The notes: generated from the sequence alone by a model not told the origin. DNA of 64,000 nt from Vitrella brassicaformis CCMP3155 (GCA_001179505.1 CDMY01000227.1:124001-188000), one strand, 5' to 3'; positions 11,853 through 25,683 are shown, counted from the first letter of the stretch. Numbers and translations: made by a program.

Positions 11853-13429
11853 TCACGCAAAAGAGGGGAAGCCGCCGCCCTGCCCCTGCTGTGTTGACGA
11901 CGAGGGCTGGCCGTACATCTGCTGCTGCTGCTGCTGCTGCTGTGTGCCTGCGCCCATGCCGAGTGCCTGCATTTGGTTGTTGATGCTGTTGAGGGTGTTG
12001 GCCGCCTGGAAGGCCGTGTTGACCTGCTGCATGGGGGGTGGGCCACTGTAGCCCAGCTGACGCGTGGTCGGCGTACCTGACAATGGTCAACACACATGGC
12101 AAGAGGGAGAATGAATGGTCCATCGATTGTCTGTCTGTCTGTCCGTCTTGGCTGCTTACTGAGTGCTGGGTATGAGCTGCTCTGCTGCCCCTGCTGTTGC
12201 TGGCCCCCTCCGAGTCCCCCCATCCCCCCCGCCATGCCCATCACACTCCCCAGTTGGCTTTGGATACCCTGCGTGTGCTTCGCCAACTGGCTCAAGTCAC
12301 TGGCCACCGACTGATGCTGCTGGCGGGTGTTGGCGGGGTCCCAGCCTGGCCGCGTCTCTGTGCCATAGGCGTCATTGGGTTCGGGGATGGGTGAGGGCTC
12401 CAGCTGGGGCGAGGGGGAATGGTACGCCGGTGGCTGCTGCTGCTGCTGCTGTTGGTATGACGAGAGGTTGGGGTAGCTTGATGGATAGGTCGTAGCGCCA
12501 TACTGCTGCTGCTGCTGCTGCTGCTGGTGCTGGTAAGAGTGCTGGTGGTGCGACGGTGACGTGTTACCATATGCGAGGGAAGCCGATGTCTGTGTCTGTG
12601 TCAGGTTGGGGTAGCTCGAGTGGTCGCCATACGCGGATTGGGCGTGGTGCTGCACGGCCGTTGGGGGAGCGTACGTCTGGTGCTGATTTTGCTGTTGGGG
12701 CGAGGTGGGCGACGCATAGCCGTAGCCGCCATAGCCGTTCTGCAGGGAGAACTGCGAGTTGGGCTGCGGCTCCGGCTGTGGCTGGTAGGCGCTTCCCCCC
12801 TGGAAAGGATTCGCAAACACATCCTCGCCACCGCCGCCACCACCCGCACCCCCGAAGCTCATCATCTCAGGGAAAGGGTTGCCCGCCGAGCCGTTGAAGA
12901 AGTCCTCTTGCTGCTGCTGCTGCTGCTGCTGGTGCTGCTGATGTTGTTGGTGATGGTATTGGTGCTGCTGCCTGGCGTGTTCTTGTGGCGAAGAGGACCA
13001 GCTGTTGGCTGAGGGGAGGGGCGGCTTGGGGGAGGATGCCGGCGATGACGAGTAGAGGTTGTTCTTGAGGTCGGTGATGGAGCTGCTGGAGGAGTGGAAG
13101 GGGTAGCTGTTGCCTGGCGCACTCGGGAGCGGCAGGCTCGTACGCCGAGATGGGACGCCCCGCCGAGACTGGATGACAGCATAGCACAGGACACGAGGTG
13201 AGGCGTGATGCGGTGTGTATGGCTATCTATGTCTGGGCGTCGAGTCCACTAATGTGTGTACCGTACCCACCAGGTTGAGCTCTCTGTTGAAGGTGGTGTC
13301 CTTGATCTGCTGCATCGGCCCCTCGAGCTTGCGCAGGTACTCACCCAACTCAACAAACAGGCCCATCGTCGTCCCTGCAGCGTGTGTGCACAGACAGCAC
13401 TCACACATGGCATGGCCCCCTCCCTCCCT

Positions 13430-13464
<35 letters not shown>

Positions 13465-14343
13465 ATGGCTGTCGACCTACCGAGCATCTTGGTGATGACG
13501 GGCTTTGTGTCGCTGAACTTGGTGGACAGCACGCCCTCCAGCTCGCTGCGACAGACGTCGTCCATGCGGGAGAACTCGTGTGAGCTGTTGCCCATCTTCT
13601 TCTCGTTCCTGGCCAGCTTCTCCATCTGCTTGGCGCTCTCCGCCCGCCCGGCCGCCCGCACCCTGTCCCTGTTGCATTTGAGGTTGTCGAGCTTCTTGTC
13701 GTAGTGCACCTTGGTGTTCCACGCCCTGTCCCTCTCGACCATCTTGCGCTCCACCTCTCGGATCTTGACGAGCAGCTCGTCGTTGGCCGTCTTGAGAGCC
13801 TCGAGGTCGGGCCGCATTCTGTCCTTCTGCCGGGTGAAGACCTGCAGGATGTCGCTCACGTGCACCGCCGCGCCGCGATAGGGACAGTCGTCCTGCAATG
13901 GCGTGGCGACAACAGAGACAGACAGACAAACAGACAGACAGACGGACAGGCAGTGTGGTTCGGTTTACTGCCAGCCTGTCTGTTCTGTTGTTTGTCGGTT
14001 ACTTACCGTGTAGAAGTGCTCCAGAACATGCGATAGATCACCATACAGCTCCTCCATCCCTGCAGAAACCGGAAACCGCACACACAAAACAACAAAACAA
14101 ACACCAAATCACACACTTGGCTCTACGCCACGCCGGCGGCCAGCCCCTTCACAAACACACAGACCCACACCACGCACCATTCATCATGGCGCCGAACTTG
14201 CCGATAAACCGCTCAAACGCAGCGGCGAATTTGTCATATTCCTCGAGCTCCGCCCTTTCCCTCTCGATGTCGTCGCCCTCCACCCGTTTTGGCTTGATGC
14301 CCATCACATCTCGGAAGCCCTCCTTCAGCTTCTCCATGCCCAT
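11853..14343 (-). CDS. BAR-domain (amphiphysin/endophilin-like) protein with long Q/P/S/Y-rich low-complexity tail
   Basis: Helical N-terminal exons: MGMEKLKEGFRDVMG..., ...KIREVERKMVERDRAWNTKVHYDKKLDNLK...ARNEKKM.... These are followed by a poly-Gln/Pro tail. The last intron 12159-12077 rejoins in frame to ...GFPSFA*. Confidence 0.65.
11921..12940 (-). repeat. Several coding (CAG)n poly-glutamine tracts
   Basis: (CTG)n runs on the + strand near 11921, 12434, 12504 and 12911. Confidence 0.85.
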
Positions 14344-14404
14344 GCTCCCTCAACAAGACGGTCTTGAACCCACGGGGAGAACGTTCCGGCGAACGTTTCG
14401 AATC

Positions 14405-14415
14405 TGCGAGCTTAG
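14405..14415 (+). promoter_or_regulatory. Candidate promoter motif TGCGAGCTTAG
   Basis: Lies between the BAR gene and the MDR gene. Confidence 0.45.
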
Positions 14416-14547
14416 CTTGACAACACTTCCCCTCCGCACAGAACGGACTCACGCTTTGTCATCTGCTGCTTGCCGGGGAGCACCTACTGCAAGCTTGTCC
14501 GCTGAATTTCCCAGCGGCGCGTCGAGAAACACCAAAGATCACCAGCC

Positions 14548-16403
14548 ATGAGTGTTCGGCCCTGGCTGCCCTCTCCACTCCCTCTCCCCTCCCTCCTACT
14601 GCCCCTTGTCACTCTACTCGTCGCGTCAGCAGCACTCACAAGGGCGATATCGATCTCGCACCACAGTCACGGCCACAGGGGACCATCAGCAGCAGCCGTG
14701 TTGAGCTCATCAACACAGTCAACACGAGCATTAGAGCGCCGGGCGGCCTTCCTGAGTGCGCTGCGTCAGCTGCCTGCTTTGGTGACGAAAGACAGGCCCG
14801 GCACCACCGTGCTGGAGATCCCGGAGCCGCCTGTGCTGCCGCATGAGAAGGAATATATGGACGCCTGGGTGCAGTCGGGTGAGTGAGCAGCCAGCAACTG
14901 AAAAGCATTGAGCGTCCATCTGGCTGGCTGGCAGAGCCCTGCCTGTTGGGTCGTGTGTGTCGTGCAGGGTTTGGTGGTCCCGACGTGATAGAGCGTCGTG
15001 AGTTCCTGATGCCGTCGCCCGAGCCGCACCAGGTGCTCGTGAAGGTCAAGGCCGCCGCACTCAACCCTGTCGACATAGGTATGCAGTCAATGCACGTCTG
15101 TCTGCCTGTCTGCCTGTGGGTGGGCGGCTGCCGTCCGTCTCTGCACTGACTGCACATCCCGGACTAACTGATGTAATTGATGTCTGTGCTGAGTGTGTGT
15201 GTGTTGTTGTGCAATCTACTCGACCTGCAGGTCGCCGGACGGGTTTCTTTAAGGGGTTCATGAATGAGAGCTTCCCATTCATACCAGGGTGAGATAGATA
15301 GATAGATGGATAGAGAGATGGGAAAGCGGCAGGGTCTCCATCACATCACATCACATCACAACCCCACACCCCCACAAATGTGCGTGCGTCTCCTTCCTGA
15401 CCTGGGTGTCAGGTACGATTTTTCAGGGACGGTTGAGGGCGTGGGAAAAGATGTCAGCAGGTGGCGGACGGGGATGGAGGTCTACGGCTACCCACACGAG
15501 ATCGGTACGTACGTCACTCACAAGGGGTCCAATCACTTCCTCCACTATAGAACTGCACTCACTGTGAGAGAAGCGTCGCGTGTGTGGTGGGCTGGGCAGG
15601 TGTGCGCCCTCAGCGGTATGGCACTCTGGGCGAGTACCTGGTCATCGACCAGAGCTTCATCGCAGCCAAACCCAAATCGATCTCACACGAGGTAAGTAAG
15701 CACAGCGAAGCAACCATGATCAGCCGACTGACTCTCAAGACCACCATCGATGGATGGATTGATGTGATGTGATGAAGGAGGCGGCCTCTCTGCCGACGGC
15801 CATCATGACGTCGCTGCAGGCCTTCGAGATGCTGCACATCAAGCCGGGCGACGCGGTGCTGTTCACTGGTGGTGCGGGTGGCGTCGGCACACAGGCCGTG
15901 CAGCTGCTCAAGCACTACTGCGGGGCGGGGTACGTCGCCACCACCGGCAGCGGATTCAAGACACAATTGCTGGAAGAACTCGGCGCGTCAGTGGTCAGTC
16001 AGTCACAGAACAGACCCCCAGCCCCACCCTACCCCCATGTGCTTACTCGTCTGTGTGTGTCCAGGTGGTGGATTTTCTGAAGCAGAACTTCACGGACGTC
16101 CTCAAAGACCTGGACAGCGCCATCGACGCGACGGGCGAGTGGTGGGAGTGCCTGCAGTGCGTCAAGGAGGGCGGCCACGTCGTCACCATCCGCGGCGGCC
16201 CCGGGCGGCCCGCCAACGTGCCCTTCTTCACCGTGCAAGCGAGGGGATCTGACCTGGAGAAGGTCCACGACCTGTACGAGAAGGGCATCGTGAGGCCGGT
16301 GGTGGACAGTGTCTTCCCGTTCGACTCCCTCCCTCTCGCGTTCAGCCGACTGGAGACGGGCAGGGTCACCGGCAAGGTCATCGTCAGGGGGCCATCTCTA
16401 TAA
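14548..16403 (+). CDS. Medium-chain dehydrogenase/reductase (NADPH:quinone/alkenal oxidoreductase-like) with bipartite signal+transit leader
   Basis: VLVKVKAAALNPVD, FPFIPGYDFSGTVEGVG, YGTLGEY, EAASLPTAIMTSLQA, VLFTGGAGGVGTQAVQL, IVRPVVDSVFPF, GRVTGKVIV*. Hydrophobic leader LLLPLVTLLVASAA followed by a Ser/Arg-rich segment (RRAAFL). Confidence 0.9.
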
Positions 16404-17775
16404 AATATGGCGTGTGGGTCGGTGTGGGTGTGTGGGTCGGTGTGCGCGGCGGCTGTGCAGTGCAGTGCATGGTGTGTACATAGACAGACAGACAGACAGA
16501 GAGGGGTGGGAGAGAGTGAGGGGGAGGGTGGGAGGGGAGAGGGGGGTAGAGGCAGGCAGCGCAGCAATGGGGGAGGGAAAGCGGCCGGCCATTTTGACGA
16601 AATGACTGAGCGGCATGCTCCGTGCTTCCATCGTCAGTCAGTGGATTTTCCTCTTGTCTACTGATGGATGGATGGATCGGCACAGCGCGCCAGAGAGGCC
16701 GGGGTCTGGCGGGGGGGGGGGTATGTACGAGTGTGTGTGTGTGATGCATCATCCATCATGCACACCTGTTTTTGCCGACATGAAAGACATGACTGACTGA
16801 CACATACGCACAGCTACCTGCCTGGCTCTACCTGTCTGTCTGGCGTAGCAAGTTGGCCACGTACAATATGCGATAGCACATACAAGAGAGAGAGGGAGAG
16901 GAGAGGAGAGAAGAGGGGAGGGAGACAGAGAGTCGGGGGTCAGCAAGAGACAGAGAGAGTTCCTTTCCTTGCTTTCGCTGTCCTTTGTCTCTTACAAGGA
17001 GCGTAGAATTTTTGTCTTTTCCATGTATGTATTGTGTGGCTGGCTGGCTGGATGGTTGTGTAATCGATCCTCTCTGCGTATGGTGGGTGCCGTGAGTGAG
17101 TGCAGCCAGCCCCCGTTTTTCCCTCGTGAGTGAGAGGAACAGACAGACAGACAGACACGTGTGTGAGAAGGGGAGAGGGAGGGAGGGAGGGAGGGAGAGG
17201 GTGTCACTTGCTGCCGTAGTGAGGGTGGGTTGGGGTAGGGAGAAAGAGGTGAGTGGAGTGTTTGTCGTGCGTATGTGTCGATAGTTCCCTTGAGGGCAAA
17301 TGTGAGTGCCGTGCCATGCCATCGAGCGAGTGGGAGAGCGTGTGAGGGGCGGGCCTCTGTCGGAAGCCGTCCGTTCCAAAGCCAAGGCGAAAGTCGGTAG
17401 GGAGCTAGTAGGTAGGCACTAGTCTGTAGGACCGACAGACAGACAGGTGACCCTGTGGACGACCGGATCGGTGGCTGGCTGGATGGATGGATAATGGATG
17501 CCATGTGGTGTGGTGTGGTGTGATGAGTGTGTGTGGTTTTTTCGTGAGTGACGTGACGACACACATGCTTGCATTACAGACGGCCGGCCGGCCGGCCGGA
17601 CGGACATATAAGAGGCGGCAGCCATTCGTGTGGTGCATTCTGTGTCTGATGAATGGATGGTCCATAGACACGTCGGAGTGGCTCAAACCGCGACACTCAC
17701 ACCACCAGCACCACACCACAAAGCTTGTGGTCTGTCCTTCTGTCTGTCTGTCCGTCCTTAGTTAACATGGCTAGG

Positions 17776-18076
17776 CTACGAAATGCCTAGTTTCTGCAAG
17801 GCATCCACAAAGTCCTGTCGCTGGAACACACCGCTCTGGCGCAACCAGTCGCCCATGTGCTGCAGAAACCAACCAACCAACCAGCACACAAAACCACCAC
17901 ACATAACAACACAACACAGACAGGCCTCTGAGTGAGTGAGTGGCTCATCTCTTCCCACCTCACCTCTCGCATGATGCCGTAGCCCATCCCTCCAGCGGAC
18001 ATGCCCTACAGACAGACAGACAGAGGCGCACCCCACACGCGCATTCAACACACACATGTCTGTGTGTCGCCCTGTC

Positions 18077-18112
<36 letters not shown>

Positions 18113-21100
18113 ANNNNNNNNNNNNNNNNNNNNNNNNNNNNNNNNNNNNNNNNNNNNNNNNNNNNNNNNNNNNNNNNNNNNNNNNNNNNNNNNNNNNNNN
18201 NNNNNNNNNNNNNNNNNNNNNNNNNNNNNNNNNNNNNNNNNNNNNNNNNNNNNNNNNNNNNNNNNNNNNNNNNNNNNNNNNNNNNNNNNNNNNNNNNNNN
18301 NNNNNNNNNNNNNNNNNNNNNNNNNNNNNNNNNNNNNNNNNNNNNNNNNNNNNNNNNNNNNNNNNNNNNNNNNNNNNNNNNNNNNNNNNNNNNNNNNNNN
18401 NNNNNNNNNNNNNCCCCCCCCACCTGGTCGTCATGCTCGGCTTCGTCATCGATAACCTGGCCACCACCGGACAGACTGAACCCCTCCAGCCCGTTCAAAC
18501 GAACCGACAAACCGCCACCACCACTACCACCCTCGCCCCCGCCGACACGCCCCCGGGCAGCACTCCAGCTGCCACCAGCTGAAGCAGCAGCTGCGGCGGC
18601 TGCTGGTGCGCTGCTCGGCTGGGGCGGCTGGTTGTTGTGGTTGGCTTGTTGGTTGCCATTGCTTGTGGTGGTGATGCTGGTGGTGAACTCCGTGGATGGC
18701 TGCTTGCCGGGTATATTCCACATGACCTTGGGGCGGCACTCGCGGCGCGCGTAGAGATTGCTGTTGCTCACGCCGCTCAGCACAGTCGCCTCTCGACGCA
18801 AGACGCCCACACCCTACACAAACGAGGCAGGGCACAAGAGATGAGAGAGGAGCGTGTGTCTAGTCTGGTGCAGGAAGGGTTACTTACGCTTCCAGCGCGT
18901 CTGGGGCCGCTGATGCCGCTGGTGATGCTGTTGTTGTTATTGAGCCCCTTGGGCGGCTGCAGCTGTGTGGGTGGTCGTCTGGGCCTGTCGACCACGGCCG
19001 CCTGGCGGGCGGGGCCGCCCGACTGCTTCTCCAACGCCTCCAACTCCTCCTTCTTGGCGTCACGCCTGACATACACACACACACACACACACGTGCAGGA
19101 ACACTGAGTGGGTGGATGCCCTCTGTGTGCTCGTGTCCACCGTCTGGTGGGGTGTGTCTTATTACTTACTGTCTGAGTAGGGTCTCTCGCTGCTCGGCAG
19201 GGCTCGATTCGATGCGCTTCTGCAGACGATCCAGCTACACATTCACAAGACCGACCGACGGACACACAGACAGACAGAGAGCGTGTAGACCAGACATCCC
19301 CCAGTCCCGCCCCGCACCCACCTCTCTCTGTGTCCTCCCTCACCTGTTTCCTGATGTTATTTTTCTTCTGCATGAGCTCGATCTGGCGCACTACCTGCAG
19401 ACCCTTGCTCTTTTTCTCCAGCTGGATCTTCGTGTTCACCTGAGAATCGAAGAAAAGAAAAGTTGCACACACACCATCTTGTGCGCGTCTTGTTTGCTTC
19501 CGTCGCGGGCGGCTGGCTTACATCTTGGCTGGTCCACTGCAGGCCCTCCCGCTCCTGCTTGCTCTTCAAGTCCGACACGAACCTGCATGTGCCCACCGTG
19601 TGTGTGATGTCCGGCTCGATTCGATTCGCTGCGTGTCCCTGCGGGTCTGTCTGTCTGTCTGTCTGTCTGTCGCTCACCTTCCTTCGTATTTGAGGTCCGC
19701 GGCCCCCTCCCGCCGCACATAGTCCTCAATCACCATCTCCCACACCTCCTGGATCACACATCACACCCAGGAAAGCCACATCTCACCAAGATGCCCCCCC
19801 CTCCCTCCCTCCCTCCCTCTCTCTGCTCACATACATGGTTTTTGACGTCCTTGTCTTCCACTGCAGCGTCCTTCGTTTCCCACTCCGCCAGGGCCTTCTC
19901 GTGCTCGGCAATGCCCGGCTGCGCGCTCCTCATGGCCTCGCGCTTGCCCTTCTCGATCTTGCGCTGGGCGTAGTAGAAGTCGGGCTGCTTCGACGACCCC
20001 TGGGCGTTTCGCAGGTCCTCCTTAAGGTGCGTCTTGCGCGCCGCCATGTCGTCCTTCAGCACCCAGCGGTAGCCACGAGAACCACGACCTATTTATTATA
20101 TGGAGGGAGGGAGAGATCCACGAATGAATGCAGTCAGTCATTGCAATGCGTGTGCGGGCGGGATGGTTGTGCGTACCAAGCCTGATGCGGAATACTGGGA
20201 CGTCGTCGTGGCTGGTGCGTTCGTTCTGGTGGTTGGGTGGGTCGTCTCCCGTGTCGCCCATCAGCCGCCACTCGTCGCAGCTCGCCTTGTCGACGTAAAC
20301 CACCTCTGCACATACATGTTGGATTGACACACACACGAGGAGGTGGTCAATGGTCTTTCCTTTCCTTCGTGTCCGTCCGTGACTGATCGGTCGGTTCTCT
20401 CTCCCCCAGTCACTCACTTTCGATGCAGCCGAGCTTGTAGCATGCGGGCGTCTCGTCGGCAGCCGGCAGCAGCACGAAGTAGCCCTTCGATATCTCATCC
20501 AGTCTGCACGCAGGCAGGGCAGGCAGGGAAACGAACGAACGGGGCGCGGTGTAGCTAGATGCCTTGCTGCATCCATCTGCTGAGTCTGTCTGTCTGTCCG
20601 TGTGTCCCACCCCCACCGTGGGTGCTTCTCGTAGTAAGCCAGGTCCGACTGCGTCAGTACGACTGAACTCATCAGCTCAGGAGTCAGCCCTCGTACCTGA
20701 TTGATAAAACACAACACAACACAACATGGGCTCTCTTTCTTCCTCGGTGGACGCGATGCACCCATGGCATGCCATGCATGTGCTCACCTGCACATCTTCA
20801 TCTTTATCGCGTTTCTTGTCGCCCTTCAACCGTCTGTCCCGTGACCGCTCCGAGCGCTCGGAGCGCGCCTTGTCGTCGTCGTCGAAGAAGGCATCCCTCT
20901 CCCTATCTCCTCGGCGGTCGGCCATTTTGCGCGACTCCTTGAAGATGGGCGTCTCGTCCTCATCGTCGAAGGGCGTCTTCTCCTTGTCCTTGTCTTTGTC
21001 TTTGTCTTTGTCGGCTGCTGCTGCCTTCTTGGTTGGCTTGGTGGCCTGGGGTTTTTCCTCCTCGTAGTCGCTGTCTCGGCGGTCGTCGTCGCTCTCCTCC

Positions 21101-21842
21101 TCTTCGCCCTCCTCCGCACTCTCCTCCTCCTCGCCCTCCTCCATCTCCTCGTCTGGCCAGCCAGCCATGATGGATAGGGCAGACAGAGAGAGAGGTGGGT
21201 GATGGCTGTGCGCCTGTCCGTCGTTGTATGTGTGCTGCATACACACACACACACATACATCCATACCGTCTGTGCGTCGCTTCTTGGCCTCCTGGTCCTT
21301 CTGCCGCTTGGCATCCCGCTTTTTCTGGCCAGCACAACAAACACCACACAGACGTACAGATCAGAGATGCGGGCACTCAGGTGTGTCGTGTCTGTCGTGT
21401 CCGTCTGCCTGTCAGTCAGGGAGTGTAGTGTGCAGCACACACCATACACACCTACCCTCATGTCGGCGAGTGCCTGGTTCTCTGCCCGTTTCTTCTCATC
21501 GACGACCGACGAGGCCGCCGCGGCGGCCTGCTCACGCTCACGAGACTTCTCACGCTCAGAAGGAGCTGGCAGACGGTACTGTTTCCTGTGACACACACAG
21601 TCGGCACACACAGAGAGACGAGGAGGAGATGACCATATAGCCACGCCATGCATTATCCCTGTCCGTGCTGTGTGGTGTGCATTGTTTGTTCCTTCTCTGC
21701 GTCAGTCATACTTCTTCTGTTCCTCGACGAGTGCCCTCTCGTACTGCCACACCGTCATGCCCTTGGCCCACTCAGGCCGCTCGTCCTCATCGTCATTCTC
21801 GTCCTCCTCGTTGCGACGACGCTTCTTCCCACGATCTGCCAT
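17776..21842 (-). CDS. RTF1: RTF1-like PAF1-complex subunit (Plus3 domain); gene spans an assembly gap
   Basis: Acidic/basic N-terminus with MTVWQYERALVEEQKKYD (HMD-like). Plus3-like VVLTQSDLAYYEKHPRWDEISKGYFVLL...YKLGCIE. C-terminal NLYARRECRPKVMW resembles the RTF1 DPFxRRxCxP motif. Last exon HMGDWLRQSG...KLGIS*. Confidence 0.68.
18114..18413. other. Assembly gap (300 N) inside the RTF1-like gene, flanked by poly-C
   Basis: N run with C homopolymers on both sides. Confidence 0.99.
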
Positions 21843-21904
21843 CAGCACGGCCACAGTCACGAGGACAACGCGCAGCACGCACAACCAAGGAAGGGATTGC
21901 GGTA

Positions 21905-21917
21905 AGATCTGCGAGCT
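21905..21917 (+). promoter_or_regulatory. Candidate promoter motif AGATCTGCGAGCT
   Basis: Lies between RTF1 and the amino-acid transporter. Confidence 0.42.
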
Positions 21918-22007
21918 CACACGCGACGATCTTTCGAGCGGTGTTTTTTGCCCCAGGAAGGGTGTTTGTAGGCTATTTGACCTCTCGTGTTGCAATTTGG
22001 TAGCGCG

Positions 22008-24903
22008 ATGCCGAGCGGCGATGGAGAGGGTCCCCGCGAGAGTCTGGTGTCGTCGCCACCTCAGGGCGAGGCCTCCCTGGACCGTGTGCGGATCGATTCG
22101 ACGATATCTGTGACTGACCTGCTAGAGCGGCGGCCGCCTGAGAGACCGAGGAAGTACAACAGCAGCCCCGCCACCGTCATCACCGTCTGTGCCAATGTCG
22201 TTGGGTCATCGGTGCTGGTCTTCCCCTTCGCCTTCAGGTGGGCTGGGCCATCACATCACACCACACACAACGAGGAGGAAACACTGTGGATACACACACA
22301 CACACACAGACTGAATGAGTGCACATCTATCTGCTTGTGTTGGTGTGTGCAGGAATGCCGGCGTGTATTCTTTTGTGTTGTTCCCCTTCCAAGTGGCGCT
22401 GGCGTGTTTCTCCATCCTGTGGCTGTGCCGGTCAGTGGAGCTGACCGAGGGCCTGCTGCACATCCCCAGTGTGGGCAGGCACGTGCCTCGCCGCCGGAAG
22501 CACCACACCCACCTCAGCTATAAGCAGCTGGGCGTCCGGACCTTCGGCAAGCCCATTGGATACGCCATTGAAGTCCTCATCGCCCTTTACACATGGTCAG
22601 TCCGCCAGCAGAGAGGGAGGGAGAGGGAGAGGGAGAGAGCGCTGTTTATTGTGTGTGAGGTGACGTGTGTGTGCATAGGAGCATGTGTATCAACATCGGT
22701 GTGATTCTTCACAACCTGATTGACCCCGTCGTCACACACTTCATCCACCACCCAGACGAGGCGGCCCCCGCTTTAGTCTCCACACACAATGCAACCAATG
22801 CCACAAACCTCACCATGCCAGCAGGGCTTCACAACGGCACCCGCCCTTTGATCACGGCCCTCTACAGCAGCAGCAGCGATCTGTGGCAGCTCGTGTCGGC
22901 TCGACAGCTGCAGAGCAACACATCTGCGGATGACGGTTGGGGCGGTGGGGGCGACGACATCGGGCCAGCAGCAGCGGAGAGCATCTGGCTTCAAGAACGG
23001 TTTCAGTTTGTCGTGCTGGGGGCGCTGGTCCTCTGTTTCGCGCCGTTCAAGTCCCTAAGGGCGCTGCGGTACACGTCGTTCGTGAGCCTGGCCTTAATGC
23101 TCTACCTCACTGTAGTAGTGGTGCTGGAGACCAGGAACTATCATGCTGGCGACGCTGGCGGTGGTGGTGGTGGTGTTGGGCAGAGTGGTGGCTGGGTATT
23201 TGATGGCGGCTTCTTCTCTCCGGGTCTGTCGATGGACTTCTGCCAGGGGGTGGGCATCCTCAGCTTCTGCACCACGTCGCACTACAACATACCACGGTAG
23301 GCATGTTTTTCTGGCGACAACACTGGGACATACCTGGGTGACTTGACGACGTGTCTGCAGGTATTACAACGAACTGGCCGACGCGACTCCCGCCAAGATG
23401 TTTGGTCTCAGCATTGTGTCCTACGCCCTCATCTTCCTTATCTACTTCACCGTGGCAATCGCCGCATACTTGTCGTTCGGCCCCACCATCCTCAGCAACA
23501 TCCTCCTCAACTACCGCGGCGATGACGCCCTGATGCTGACGGTGCGGGTGGCCCTGGTGGTGGTCCTGGTGTGCGCATACCCACTGGTGCACCAGGCCAC
23601 CAGAGCGGCGCTGGAGAGCATCTTCTTCCACCCGAAACGTTTGTGAAGCAAAGAGAGAGGGAGGGAGGACGCCTGTGTGATGTGTGTGTGTGTGTCTGTC
23701 TGTGTGTGTGTGTGTGTGTGTGGTTTAGCGTGGCGGCGTTCGCCTCCTCGTTGGCGGTTGATGTGTGAGAGTGTGGTGCTCATTCCGCTGGCATTTGTTG
23801 TCTCCTACTGGCTGCCGGACATCGGTGAGTGAGGGAGGGAGGGAGGGGCATTACATTACCCAACCAAGGCAAGGCCACAAAAGGCTGACGCATCCTCTCT
23901 GCGTGGATGGGTGCCTACAGGTATTGGTCTTGGGTTTAGTGGTGCCGTTGGTTCTACTCTGCTGGTCTTCATCCTGCCGCCACTCTTCTACCTCACCGTC
24001 GCCAAACGAGTCAGGAAGCAACAACAGAAGCAGCAACAGGAGCAGCAGCAACAGGAAGAGCAAACAGAAGCTGCCCCTGCAGCAACGGACAGCCGCGCCG
24101 TCTGGCTTGACGAGCCGCCCTTCGAGGCGCCCTTGCAGTGGATCACACCGCCCTCTGCCATCGGCACGATAGCACCACCACCACCAGCCGCAGCGGCGAC
24201 CAACGGACACGCGCACACCCTCCCGGCTTCGCCCGCAGAATTCGACAGCCGTCCACAGGACAAGAAGGAAGGGCTGCGAGGGGTGGAGAAGCCAAAGCCC
24301 CTTTTGCCTCCTCCGGCTCCCGTGGCTGTCAAGGCGGACCTGTCGGCTGCCTTCGCTGTACTGGAAGAGAAGGGCGGCGTCCTCAGCCCCCCTCTCGTCC
24401 CCGAGCCGGTCTTCAAGAGCCCCTACAGTGAGCTCGGTGTCGACGGCAACCAGCAACACGTCCGTGCGCACGTCCTGACGCGAAGATCGGAGTCGTGTCT
24501 GTCGAGCAGCACACTGGGGGGACCGACCCCTCGTGTGTGCGACGTGGTGCAGGTGCGTGTGCACGGCCCCGAAGGCGGCGATCGGAAGAGAGTATCGTTC
24601 GACACGATGGAAGAGGGCGACGAGGCAGCGGCAGAGACGGATGGGAATGGCACTACTGGGGGAGAGGGAGAGGGAGAGGCGGCGGGGAGGGTGAATGGCT
24701 TGTCTAATGCTGTGGGTGGCCGTGGCCGTGGTCGTGTTGGAGAGAGGGACGAGAGTGATGACGACGCGTATGTGGCGTCGCTACTGCCTAGTGTGTGTGA
24801 CGAGGTGATATGTTGGGTGAGTGTGGTGGCGGGGTGCGTCTTCTGTGTGGCGGGGCTGATGGGGTCCGCCCACGCACTGCACCAAGCAGTGAGGGACAGG
24901 TGA
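22008..24903 (+). CDS. Amino-acid transporter, AAAP/Aa_trans (SLC38-like) family
   Basis: SSPATVITVCANVVGSSVLVFPFAFR, SYKQLGVRTFG, PFKSLRALRYTSFVSL, GILSFCTTSHYNIPR, FGPTILSNILLNY, CAYPLVHQATR, GAVGSTLLVFILPPLFYL; multiple transmembrane segments. Confidence 0.9.
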
Positions 24904-25384
24904 CGTGTTGGGTGCGACGATGTCACTGTGGTAGGTTTGAATGAATCCATGGTTGATGGAGTTCAGAGCGAGATGAGGTGTATGATAAAAAGCGAGAGAG
25001 ATCAGGTTTGACGAGACGCATGCGTAAACGCTTTGGTGCGTCTGTCTGGTTGGTTGGGTGGGAGTGAGAGTGCGTAAAGCGAGCCCTTTTCATCTGTTCG
25101 TGTGTGGGTTTGAGCTCATGCATGCATGCGTCGGTGCGTGCTGATTGCATGGCATGGAAGTGGCTGTGCTGTGTGTACAAAGAGAGCAGGAGAAGCGAGG
25201 GAATGACTGAATACCTACCTAACCGACCGACACAACAGGCAGCCCAGCCTAGCCTCTTTTTCGCCGGTTGGTTGGTCATCTATCTCACGTCCTCCCGTGG
25301 TTCGTCTCGATCTAGCTAGCTATTTGTTGGTCATCATGCGCCCTACGTGTGTGTGATTATACATCGCGGAGAGCGATATGACCC

Positions 25385-25683
25385 NNNNNNNNNNNNNNNN
25401 NNNNNNNNNNNNNNNNNNNNNNNNNNNNNNNNNNNNNNNNNNNNNNNNNNNNNNNNNNNNNNNNNNNNNNNNNNNNNNNNNNNNNNNNNNNNNNNNNNNN
25501 NNNNNNNNNNNNNNNNNNNNNNNNNNNNNNNNNNNNNNNNNNNNNNNNNNNNNNNNNNNNNNNNNNNNNNNNNNNNNNNNNNNNNNNNNNNNNNNNNNNN
25601 NNNNNNNNNNNNNNNNNNNNNNNNNNNNNNNNNNNNNNNNNNNNNNNNNNNNNNNNNNNNNNNNNNNNNNNNNNNNNNNNNNN
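25385..25683. other. Assembly gap (~300 N)
   Basis: N run followed by poly-C. Confidence 0.99.
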
